DNA of 64,000 nucleotides. Source: an uncultured Actinomycetes bacterium. GTDB taxonomy: Bacteria > Actinomycetota > Thermoleophilia > Gaiellales > JAICJC01. The notes under the pieces were generated by a model. That model did no database searches, was not told the origin of the DNA, and saw only the letters and a list, made by a program, of their open reading frames with translations. Of this stretch, positions 8,213-15,632 are shown piece after piece. Position numbers and translations under genes: made by a program. Numbering within the stretch: the first letter of the stretch is position 1; each line of letters begins with the position of its first letter. Location of the stretch: the NCBI GenBank assembly GCA_963825325.1, contig CAWGSU010000004.1:1152334-1216333 (forward strand), in the 5' to 3' direction.

Positions 8213-8868
8213 GCGCGGTCCCGGCGCTCGAGTTCACGGTGCTCGGGGCGTCGTGCGTCGAGGACGCCGCCGCGCCGACCCTGCGCGTCGACCTCGGCGT
8301 GAGCGAGAGCGCCGGCCTCGAGGTGTTCACGATCGCGCTCACCGCCCAGATCAACATCGACCCGTCGCGGCGCAGCTACGACCCCGAGACGCGCACGCGC
8401 CTGATCGAGCTCTTCGGCGAGCCGGAGCGATGGTCTCAGACGACGCACAGCTTCCTGTGGGCCTACTCGAGCGCGCTCGTGCCGAGCTTCACCGGCACGA
8501 CCACCTTCTCGCTCCCGATCGCGTGCACGTACGACCTCGAGGTGGCGGCGACCAAGTACTTCGCCGGTCTGCCCGGCGGGCACGTCCCGCTCACGTTCCA
8601 CTTCAACGGCTCGATCCTGCACCGGGCTCCGGGCGGCGACATCCAGGTGGTCGCGATCCCGTGGTCGTGCTCCGCCCGCTGGCGGATGCCGGTCGAGACG
8701 TGGCGGGGGATGATGGACCGCCACTACCCGAACTCGAGCTGGGTGCGGCTGCACCCTGACACGACCGACTCGCTGCGCAGGTACACCGCCGAGGCGGGCC
8801 TGTTCTCGATGGATGCCGCGATCGTGCGGCTGCTCGAGTCGGCGACGTCGCCCGAGGCCGGCGCATGA
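8209..8868 (+). CDS. Uncharacterised hydrogenase-cluster protein (recalls DUF6084, from memory)
   Basis: GTG 8209 overlaps the upstream stop (GTGA) and is in frame with ORF 7324..8868. The sequence reads VSAVPALEFTVLGASCVEDAAAPTL..IALTAQINIDPSRRSYD. Confidence 0.7.
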   Translation: MSAVPALEFTVLGASCVEDAAAPTLRVDLGVSESAGLEVFTIALTAQINIDPSRRSYDPETRTRLIELFGEPERWSQTTHSFLWAYSSALVPSFTGTTTFSLPIACTYDLEVAATKYFAGLPGGHVPLTFHFNGSILHRAPGGDIQVVAIPWSCSARWRMPVETWRGMMDRHYPNSSWVRLHPDTTDSLRRYTAEAGLFSMDAAIVRLLESATSPEAGA

Positions 8869-9746
8869 GCGCCGACGCGGCACTCGAGTCGCTGCTCGAC
8901 GCGCTCCTCTACGAGGGCTACGCGCTCTATCCATACACCGGGACAGCGGCCAAGAACGCGACCCCGACGCCCTTCGGGATCGTCTACCCGCCCGCCTATG
9001 CCCACGCCGCCCCGGCCGCGTTCGACATGCTGCGCATGCACGGCGTGGTGCAGGGCAACGGCGACGCCTCGGTGGCGGCCGAGGTGCGGCTGCTGCAGGC
9101 CGCGCCGGAGGGCGGGCACCGGGCGCTCGAGCGGCGGCTGCCCGCGCTTGCGGGGACGCTTGCCGGCCTGGCCGAGAGCTCCCACGTCGAGACGTTCGGC
9201 CTGAACGGCATCTCGGGCCGGGTGCGGCTCTCGGTGCGACCGCTGCATCCCGACGTCTGGCGGATCGCGCTCTGCGTGCACAACACGACGTCGGTGCCGC
9301 CCGGCGTTGATCGCACCACCGCACTGCGCTCGAGCCTGCTCTCGACCCACCCGGTGGTGCGGGTGGGCGGCGCGCGCTTCGCGTCGCCGCTCGAGCGGAC
9401 GGGCGTGCTCGGCCATGCCGTGTCCGGCTGCGGGAGCATCAACACCTATCCCGTGCTCGCGGGGGAGGCCGACGACGTGCTCGTCGGGGCGACGATCATG
9501 CTCCCCGACCACCCGCAGCTCGCGCCCGAGAGCCGTGGCAACCTGTTCGACGGCACCGAGATCGAGGAGGCGCTGCTCCTGCATGTGATGGCGCTCTCCG
9601 ACGACGAGCGCGATCAGGTGACGGGCGGCGACCCGGCGCTGCGCGAGATGGTCGAGCGGGCGGCGGCGGCGACGCCGGAGGACCTGCTGCGGCTGCACGG
9701 CCGCACCGTGCTGTCCGACCCCGCGCCGGAGGGGGGACGGTCATGA
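8865..9746 (+). CDS. Uncharacterised hydrogenase-cluster protein (293 aa)
   Basis: It overlaps both neighbours by ATGA. It begins MSADAALESLLDALLYEGYALYPYT. I recognise no motif. Confidence 0.7.
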   Translation: MSADAALESLLDALLYEGYALYPYTGTAAKNATPTPFGIVYPPAYAHAAPAAFDMLRMHGVVQGNGDASVAAEVRLLQAAPEGGHRALERRLPALAGTLAGLAESSHVETFGLNGISGRVRLSVRPLHPDVWRIALCVHNTTSVPPGVDRTTALRSSLLSTHPVVRVGGARFASPLERTGVLGHAVSGCGSINTYPVLAGEADDVLVGATIMLPDHPQLAPESRGNLFDGTEIEEALLLHVMALSDDERDQVTGGDPALREMVERAAAATPEDLLRLHGRTVLSDPAPEGGRS

Positions 9747-10039
9747 TGGAGGGGTTCGGCGCGCGCGGCGAGCCGCCGGTCGGCGAGGAGCAGGCCGTGG
9801 TCGACGGCGTCACCTACCGCCGGGGCGACAAGGTGCGCCTGCGGCTGACCGAGCGCACCGACCCGTACGACCGCATCCTCGACGGCAGGGTGGCGACGCT
9901 CGAGCGGATCTACTACGACTACGAGGACAAGCTCTACTTCGGTGCGACGATCGACGACGACCCGGGGCAGGACCTGATGCGCGAGACCGGCCGGTTCCTG
10001 TTCTTCTTCGCAGGCGAACTGGAGGCATACCCGACGTGA
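9743..10039 (+). CDS. Uncharacterised small hydrogenase-cluster protein (98 aa)
   Basis: It has an ATGA overlap upstream and a GTGA overlap downstream. The sequence includes ..DGRVATLERIYYDYEDKLYFGATIDDDPG. Confidence 0.65.
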   Translation: MMEGFGARGEPPVGEEQAVVDGVTYRRGDKVRLRLTERTDPYDRILDGRVATLERIYYDYEDKLYFGATIDDDPGQDLMRETGRFLFFFAGELEAYPT

Positions 10040-10551
10040 CAGACCGTAACGAGAAGCAGATCCTGGTGGCGGGCATCGGCAACTCGTGGCTGCGCGACGA
10101 CGGCTTCGGCGGCGAGGTCGCCCGCCGACTTGCCGGGCGCGAGCTGCCGGCCGGCGTGACGGTCGCCGACTTCGGCACCGGCGGGCTCGACCTGGCCTAC
10201 GAGGTCATGCGCGGCTACGACGCGCTCGTCCTGATCGATGTCAGCCGCCAGGGCGAGCCGCCTGGCACGCTGTACGTGATGGAGGCCGACGAGGCCGACG
10301 TCGCCGCCGGGATCGCCGATGGTGACATGATCGACCCGCATGCGATGGATCCCGAGAGCGTGCTGCGCTTCGTCAAGGCCGTCGGCGGCTGGCCGGGCAA
10401 GGTGATCGTGATCGCCTGTGAGCCGGACGAGGTCGAGGAGGTCGGGATCGGCCTTTCGGGCCCGATCGCGGCGTCGATCGACCGCGCGGTCGAGCTCGTC
10501 CTGGAGACGATCGCGGGTCTGCGCGGCGATGCCCCTCTCGAGGTGGGCTGA
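10036..10551 (+). CDS. Hydrogenase maturation endopeptidase (HyaD/HupD family)
   Basis: Motifs seen are ILVAGIGNSWLRDDGFGGEV, DFGTGGLDLAYEV and ALVLIDV..GEPPGTLY. Confidence 0.9.
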   Translation: MTDRNEKQILVAGIGNSWLRDDGFGGEVARRLAGRELPAGVTVADFGTGGLDLAYEVMRGYDALVLIDVSRQGEPPGTLYVMEADEADVAAGIADGDMIDPHAMDPESVLRFVKAVGGWPGKVIVIACEPDEVEEVGIGLSGPIAASIDRAVELVLETIAGLRGDAPLEVG

Positions 10552-10558
10552 AAGCCCC

Positions 10559-10921
10559 ATGCACGAGCTGTCCGTCGCGAGTGCCGTCGTCGACACCGCC
10601 ACCCGCCACGCCGAGGGCCGCCGCGTGACGGCGGTGCAGCTGCGCGTCGGACACCTGCGCCAGGTCGTGCCCGACTCGCTCGCGTTCTACTTCGACCACG
10701 TCGCCGTCGGCACGCTCTGCGAAGGCGCCCGGCTGGAGCAGCAGATCGTGCCGGCGCGCCTCGTGTGCGAGGCCTGCAAGCACGAGTGGGAGCTCGGCGA
10801 GGCGATGTTCCGCTGCCCCCGCTGCGACGCCACGCGGGTGCAGATCACGGCCGGCAACGAGCTCTGTGTCGAGTCGATCGAAGTCGAGGAGCGGGAGGCC
10901 GCATGCATCGCACCAAGGTGA
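10559..10921 (+). CDS. hypA: Nickel-inserting maturation protein HypA
   Basis: The N-terminus has the MHE motif. The zinc site is CEACKHEW..CPRCD. ATG 10559 is in frame with ORF 10418..10921. Confidence 0.9.
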   Translation: MHELSVASAVVDTATRHAEGRRVTAVQLRVGHLRQVVPDSLAFYFDHVAVGTLCEGARLEQQIVPARLVCEACKHEWELGEAMFRCPRCDATRVQITAGNELCVESIEVEEREAACIAPR

Positions 10922-11580
10922 GGGTGCTCGAGGACGTGCTCGACGCGAACGCGACGATCGCACGCGCGAACAGGGACGACTTCGACCGCGCGGGGGTGCG
11001 CGTCGTCAACATGATGAGCTCGCCCGGCGCCGGCAAGACGACGCTGCTCGAGCGCACGCTGGCCGACCTCGCCGGCGTGCGCGTCGGCGTGCTCGAGGGC
11101 GACGTCGCCGGCACGCTCGACGCCGACCGCATCGCGGGCATCCACGTCCCGGTGACGCAGATCAACACCGAGGCCGGCTTCGGCGGCGAGTGCCATCTCG
11201 ACGCGAACATGGTGCGCTCGGCGATCCCGGCGCTGCCGCTGGGCGAGATCGACCTGCTCGTGATCGAGAACGTCGGCAACCTCGTGTGCCCGGCCGAGTT
11301 CCGGGTCGGCGAGGACGTGCGCGTGATGGTCGCGTCGGTCGCCGAGGGCGAGGACAAGCCGCTCAAGTACCCGCTCATGTTCCGCACGTGCGAGCTCGTG
11401 CTCGTGAACAAGATCGACCTGCTGCCGTACGTCGACTTCGACATGGACCGGTTCAACTACCACCTGGACGCGGTCCACCCAGGCGTGCCGCGCCTGCTGA
11501 TGAGCGCGCGCACCGGCGACGGGGTGGATGCGTGGCGCGAGTGGCTGCGCGAGTTCGCGCTCGAGCGCCAGCCGGCGTGA
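10903..11580 (+). CDS. hypB: Nickel-dependent GTPase HypB
   Basis: The protein reads MHRTKVRVLEDVL.. with the SPGAGKTT P-loop, ENVGNLVCPAEF and NKIDLL. It overlaps hypA by 19 nt. I saw no N-terminal CxxCGC motif or His stretch. Confidence 0.9.
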   Translation: MHRTKVRVLEDVLDANATIARANRDDFDRAGVRVVNMMSSPGAGKTTLLERTLADLAGVRVGVLEGDVAGTLDADRIAGIHVPVTQINTEAGFGGECHLDANMVRSAIPALPLGEIDLLVIENVGNLVCPAEFRVGEDVRVMVASVAEGEDKPLKYPLMFRTCELVLVNKIDLLPYVDFDMDRFNYHLDAVHPGVPRLLMSARTGDGVDAWREWLREFALERQPA

Positions 11581-12779
11581 CCGAGACGCGGGCGGCCGAT
11601 CGCGCCCGGCGGGCGCTCGACGACCTGATCGAGCGCCGCGCGGGCGCCGACGCCGCCTTCTTCGCGCAGCACGCCGCCGCGATCGCGAGCCTGTGCCACG
11701 CCATGGCCGAGCGCTTCGCCCGCGGTGGCCGCCTGATCGCCGTCGGCACCTCGCCGCAGGATCGCAGCGACGTGCGCCACGTCGCGGTCGAGTTCGTCCA
11801 TCCCGTGATCGTCGGCAAGCGCGCGCTCCCGGCCGTCGGCCTCGACCCGGCCGCGGGGTCGCTCGCGGGCCAGGTCGGCCTGCTGGCCGAGGCCGACGAC
11901 ATCGTGATCGGCTTCGGCGCCGACGCGGGCGTGGCGGCGGCGATCGCCGTCGCGCGCACGCGCGGCTGCCTGACGGTCGCGTTCGCCCCCGTCGGTGCCG
12001 AGTGGGAGGCGGTGCCTCCGGGCGCGGACACCGCGGTCGACCAGGAGCTCACAGAGACGCTCTACCACCTGCTGTGGGAGCTCGTGCACGTGTTCTTCGA
12101 GCACCGCGGCCTGCTGGCGGGCAGGAGCGCCGGGCCGGTGCACGACTCGGGCGCCTCGGCGTTCCTGTATCCGTTCCTGTCCGAGGGCGAGCACGACCTG
12201 GACGCGGTGCTCGCAGACGTGCGCCGGTCGGTGCTGATGAAGGCCGACGAGGTCGCCGCCCTGCGCGAGCGCACGCTGCGCGAGGGCGCAGACGCGATCG
12301 TCGCGGCCGCGGCCGCGCTGCGGGCCGTCCTCGACGACGGCGGCACCGTGCTCGCGTTCGGAAACGGCGGCTCGGCCACCGACGCGATGGATCTCGTCGC
12401 CGACCTGCGCGCCGGCCTGCGGCCGCGGCGCGCGCTCGACCTGACCGAGGACTCGGGCATCCTGACCGCGCTTGCGAACGACATCGGCCCCGACGTGCTG
12501 TTCGCCCGCCAGGTGATCGCCTACGGCCGGCCGGGCGACGCCGCGGTGGCACTCTCGACGAGCGGCGGCTCCGAGAACATCATCGCCGGCCTGGCCGAGG
12601 CCCGTCGGCGCGGCCTCGTGACGGTGGCGCTGGTCGGCTACGACGGCGGCCGCATCGCCGCCGAGCGCCTGGCCGACCACGTCGTCGTGACGCCGTCGCA
12701 GCACATCCCCCGCATCCAGGAGGCGCAGGCGAGCGCCTACCACGCGCTGCGCGAGCTGATCGAGCTCGCGGGCGGATAG
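11577..12779 (+). CDS. Tandem SIS-domain protein (GmhA/phosphoheptose-isomerase-like), last gene of the hydrogenase locus
   Basis: GTG 11577 overlaps the hypB stop. The C-terminal half reads GGTVLAFGNGGSATDAMDL..ALSTSGGSENI..VALVGYDGG. The N-terminal half is a degenerate SIS copy (GGRLIAVGTSPQDRSD). Confidence 0.8.
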   Translation: MTETRAADRARRALDDLIERRAGADAAFFAQHAAAIASLCHAMAERFARGGRLIAVGTSPQDRSDVRHVAVEFVHPVIVGKRALPAVGLDPAAGSLAGQVGLLAEADDIVIGFGADAGVAAAIAVARTRGCLTVAFAPVGAEWEAVPPGADTAVDQELTETLYHLLWELVHVFFEHRGLLAGRSAGPVHDSGASAFLYPFLSEGEHDLDAVLADVRRSVLMKADEVAALRERTLREGADAIVAAAAALRAVLDDGGTVLAFGNGGSATDAMDLVADLRAGLRPRRALDLTEDSGILTALANDIGPDVLFARQVIAYGRPGDAAVALSTSGGSENIIAGLAEARRRGLVTVALVGYDGGRIAAERLADHVVVTPSQHIPRIQEAQASAYHALRELIELAGG

Positions 12780-12785
12780 GCGCGC

Positions 12786-14003
12786 TCAGACCTCGGCCGC
12801 CAACGTGTCGGGGTCGGCGGCCACAGCGGCGAGGGGGTCGCCGCGCAGCCGCAGCCCGAGCATCGGGTAGACGAGCGTCGAGAGCACCGCCGCGCCGATG
12901 AGGGCGGCGGCGGTCGACGCCCGCATGTGGCCGGTCCTCGTTGCGAGCGTCGTGATCGCGAGGACGAGCGGCAGCTGCGTCGATGACATCAGCGCCAGTG
13001 CGGCCCGTTCACGGGCATCGAGCACCCCCCGGTAGAGCACGAGCGCCGGCGTCCCGCGCACCACGAGGAACAGGAAGAAGAACACCACCATCTTGACGAT
13101 GCCGGAGGGGCTGGAGACGAGCGCGGGCAGGTCCAGGCTCATCCCGCTCGCCACGAAGAAGAACGGCACGAACACGCCGAACGCCACCGCCGTCAGCTTG
13201 GAGTCGAAGGCGGGCAGCTCGCGCGTCTTCAGCACCTGGCGGGTGATCATGCCGGCCGCGAACCCGCCCAAGAGGAGGTCGAGACCGAGCTTGAACGCCA
13301 GGAAGGCGAGCGCGAACACGAGCGCGACGATCCAGCGCACGGCGAGCTGGGAGCTGCTCTCGAGGGTCCGCTCGAACAGCGGAAACGTGCGTGCCGACGA
13401 CCGCACGGCGAAGACGGCGACGCTCACGGCGAGCGCGACGAACGCGATCAGGATGAGGGCGTTGTGCTCGGTGCCCTGGCTGGACAGGAGCAGTGTGAGC
13501 AGAAGGATCGGCCCGAACTCGCCGACGGCGCCCGCGGCCAGCATGTAGGTACCGAAACGGGTGCGCAGCTCGCCGGCGTCGGAGAGGATCGGGATCAGCA
13601 TCCCGATCGCCGTCGTCGCGAGCGCCGATCCGGTGTAGAGCAGCGAGAGCACGACCCCGAACGCGGCCAGCACGCCCCCGATGGTGTAGGCGAGCGCGAG
13701 CGAGAGCCCCCAGCCGAGCAGGCCGAGCCGAAGCGGCGCGCCCCTGATCCGCTGGATGTCGATCTCGTAGCCCGCGAAGAAGAAGAGCAGGCCGAGGCCG
13801 AGGTCGGCGAAGAACGTGACGAACTGGTCGACCTTCAGGCCGAATCCGTGCGGCCCGATGATCACGCCGATCACGAGCTCGATGACGACCACCGGGATGA
13901 GAACGCCGCGCCCGCCTGCCACCGCCGCCAGGCTGCCGGCCAGCGCCGAGGCGGCGACGATGGCGAGAAACGTCGCCGGGTCGACGTGGATCAGGTAGAG
14001 CAT
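12786..14003 (-). CDS. Cation:proton antiporter (Na+/H+ exchanger family)
   Basis: The protein is polytopic, reading MLYLIHVDPATFLAIVAAS..GVIIGPHGFGL..FFFAGYEID. Its ATG overlaps the Fur-like stop (TGATG). The 49-aa N-terminal extension in the track is Arg-rich shadow. Confidence 0.85.
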   Translation of the reverse strand: MLYLIHVDPATFLAIVAASALAGSLAAVAGGRGVLIPVVVIELVIGVIIGPHGFGLKVDQFVTFFADLGLGLLFFFAGYEIDIQRIRGAPLRLGLLGWGLSLALAYTIGGVLAAFGVVLSLLYTGSALATTAIGMLIPILSDAGELRTRFGTYMLAAGAVGEFGPILLLTLLLSSQGTEHNALILIAFVALAVSVAVFAVRSSARTFPLFERTLESSSQLAVRWIVALVFALAFLAFKLGLDLLLGGFAAGMITRQVLKTRELPAFDSKLTAVAFGVFVPFFFVASGMSLDLPALVSSPSGIVKMVVFFFLFLVVRGTPALVLYRGVLDARERAALALMSSTQLPLVLAITTLATRTGHMRASTAAALIGAAVLSTLVYPMLGLRLRGDPLAAVAADPDTLAAEV

Positions 14004-14458
14004 CACGCGCGGCCTTCGGCGTCCGCGCACGCGGCGCACAGCCCGACGATCGGGAAGTGGGTGAAGCGGGCCTGGACGCCGAACCGCTCGTGGATCAGGT
14101 CGCGCACCGGGTCGAGCTCCTCCGGCGCGATGGCGCGCACGGCGCCGCACCCCTCGCAGTAGACGTACTCGCGCTCGCCGGGCACGACCAGGGCGTGCAG
14201 CCCGGGCCCGTGGCCGAGGTGCACGTGGCGCACGACGCCGTGGGCTTCGAGCGTCTCCAGGTTGCGGTACACCGACGCGGTGTCGAGACCGAGGCCGGTG
14301 GCGAGCTGTTCGGCCGATACCGGCCCATCGGCCGCGAACAGCGCCTCGAGCACGAGCCGCCGCGGCGTGGAGATGCGCAGGCCGCGCTCGCGCAACGCCG
14401 CCAGAGCCTCGTCCAGGCCGGCGAACGCGAGCGTCGGGACGCGCGGAGCCTCGGTCAT
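14003..14458 (-). CDS. Fur-family metalloregulator (possibly nickel-responsive, Nur-like)
   Basis: The winged helix reads PRRLVLEALF..SAEQLA..SVYRNLETLEAHGVV. It also has HVHLGHGPGLHA and the CEGCG..CAAC zinc site. Confidence 0.85.
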   Translation of the reverse strand: MTEAPRVPTLAFAGLDEALAALRERGLRISTPRRLVLEALFAADGPVSAEQLATGLGLDTASVYRNLETLEAHGVVRHVHLGHGPGLHALVVPGEREYVYCEGCGAVRAIAPEELDPVRDLIHERFGVQARFTHFPIVGLCAACADAEGRA

Positions 14459-14471
14459 CTCCGCGGAGAGA

Positions 14472-15476
14472 CTATCCCGGCGTGTCGGCTCCGGCGCTCC
14501 AGCGCTCCTCGATACGGCCGAAGTGCCACACCGCGAGCGACACCGCCCATGTGACGACGAACATGCCGACGATCACGAAGCCGACGGCGCTCATGTCGGG
14601 ACCTCCGCCCGCGAAGATCCCGGCGAGCTCGATCGTCCCGACCCCCAGCGCGACCAGGGCCGAGAGCCCGGTGATGGTGATGTTGTAGTAGACCTTGCGC
14701 ACGGGCTGCGAGAACGCCCACCCGTAGGCGAAGTTCATGAACGAGCCGTCGATCGTGTCGAGCAGCGACATGCCGGCGGCGAACAGGATCGGCAGGCACA
14801 GGATCGCGTAGAACGGCAGGCCCGCACCCGCGGCGCCGGCGGCCAGGAAGAGCAGCGCCACCTCGCTGGCCGTATCGAACCCGATGCCGAAGAGCAGGCC
14901 GAGCGGGTACATCTGCCACGGGTGCCGGATCGCGCGGGTGAAGCGGCCGTAGATGCGGTTCAGGAACCCGCGTGTGTTCAGCCGGTGCTCGAGGTCGGCC
15001 TGGTCGTAGCTGCCGCGGCGCATGTCGCGGAAGACTCCGACGATCCCGACCAGAATGATCAGGTTCAGGATTCCGATCACGTACAGGAACGTCCCCGACA
15101 CGCCGGTGCCGACGAGGCCGGTGATGTGATGCAGTCGCGACTCCGGGTTCGTCACGGGGCCGCCCAGCGCGCGCACGCCGATGGCGAACAGGAACGCCAG
15201 CGCGAACACGACCGACGAGTGCCCGAGCGAGAAGAAGAACCCGACGCTCATGGGCCGCTTGCCCTCGGACATGAGCTTGCGCGTGGTGTTGTCGATGGCC
15301 GCGATGTGGTCGGCGTCGAACGCGTGCCGCAGGCCGAGCGTGTAGGCGGTGAGGCCGATCCCGATCGTGAAGGCGCCCGAGTCGCCGAGGCGGTAGTGGT
15401 GAGGCGCGATGACGGCGATCAGCAGGAAGAAGCCGACCACGTGCAGCCCGCCCACGACGATCGCCATCGCCGCCAC
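14472..15476 (-). CDS. NiCoT (HoxN/HupN/NixA) nickel/cobalt permease
   Basis: The signature LRHAFDADHIAAIDNTTRKL is followed by FFFSLGHSSVV. About 8 TM segments are visible. Confidence 0.9.
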   Translation of the reverse strand: MAAMAIVVGGLHVVGFFLLIAVIAPHHYRLGDSGAFTIGIGLTAYTLGLRHAFDADHIAAIDNTTRKLMSEGKRPMSVGFFFSLGHSSVVFALAFLFAIGVRALGGPVTNPESRLHHITGLVGTGVSGTFLYVIGILNLIILVGIVGVFRDMRRGSYDQADLEHRLNTRGFLNRIYGRFTRAIRHPWQMYPLGLLFGIGFDTASEVALLFLAAGAAGAGLPFYAILCLPILFAAGMSLLDTIDGSFMNFAYGWAFSQPVRKVYYNITITGLSALVALGVGTIELAGIFAGGGPDMSAVGFVIVGMFVVTWAVSLAVWHFGRIEERWSAGADTPG

Positions 15477-15546
15477 GCTGCGCCACTGGGCGGCGGTGAG
15501 CGCAGCGCCGATGCGGCGGCGGGTGCGGGTGGGGGCGCCGATTTCT

Positions 15547-15620
15547 CGACCCTAGTTCGGGTCGGTCGCTCCTGCAAGGAGGTCGCGTTAAGCGGCCGGC
15601 GGGCGGTAATCAGGCTGACC
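15547..15620. promoter_or_regulatory. Upstream region of the nickel operon, with GGTAATCAGGCTGACC (15605-15620, third copy of the GTAA-N6-TTAC-like motif) and the inverted repeat CGACCC-N6-GGGTCG (15547-15564)
   Basis: The 16-mer is 13/16 identical to 890-905. It shares the 9-nt run GTAATCAGG with the reverse strand of 915-930. Confidence 0.3.
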
Positions 15621-15632
15621 GCAGAGCGAGTG

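Noticed and set aside
10866-11576. The 637-aa version of the SIS protein ORF, and the N-terminal extensions of the MCP (20875..21069), antiporter, enoyl-CoA hydratase, potA, binding-protein and Rieske ORFs.
   Set aside because: The extensions overlap well-supported neighbouring genes or are Arg-rich shadow. Internal starts give N-termini typical of the families and produce 4-nt coupling overlaps.
14455-15486. A 343-aa alternative-frame ORF overlapping the nickel permease.
   Set aside because: The NiCoT frame carries the HAFDADHIAAIDNTTR signature and TM helices. The alternative frame is Arg/Pro-rich with no motifs.
15482-15488. A GCCACTG (B12-box-like) string upstream of the NiCoT permease, hinting at a cobalamin riboswitch.
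   Set aside because: It is on the strand opposite to the gene. None of the other conserved cobalamin-riboswitch elements is visible.
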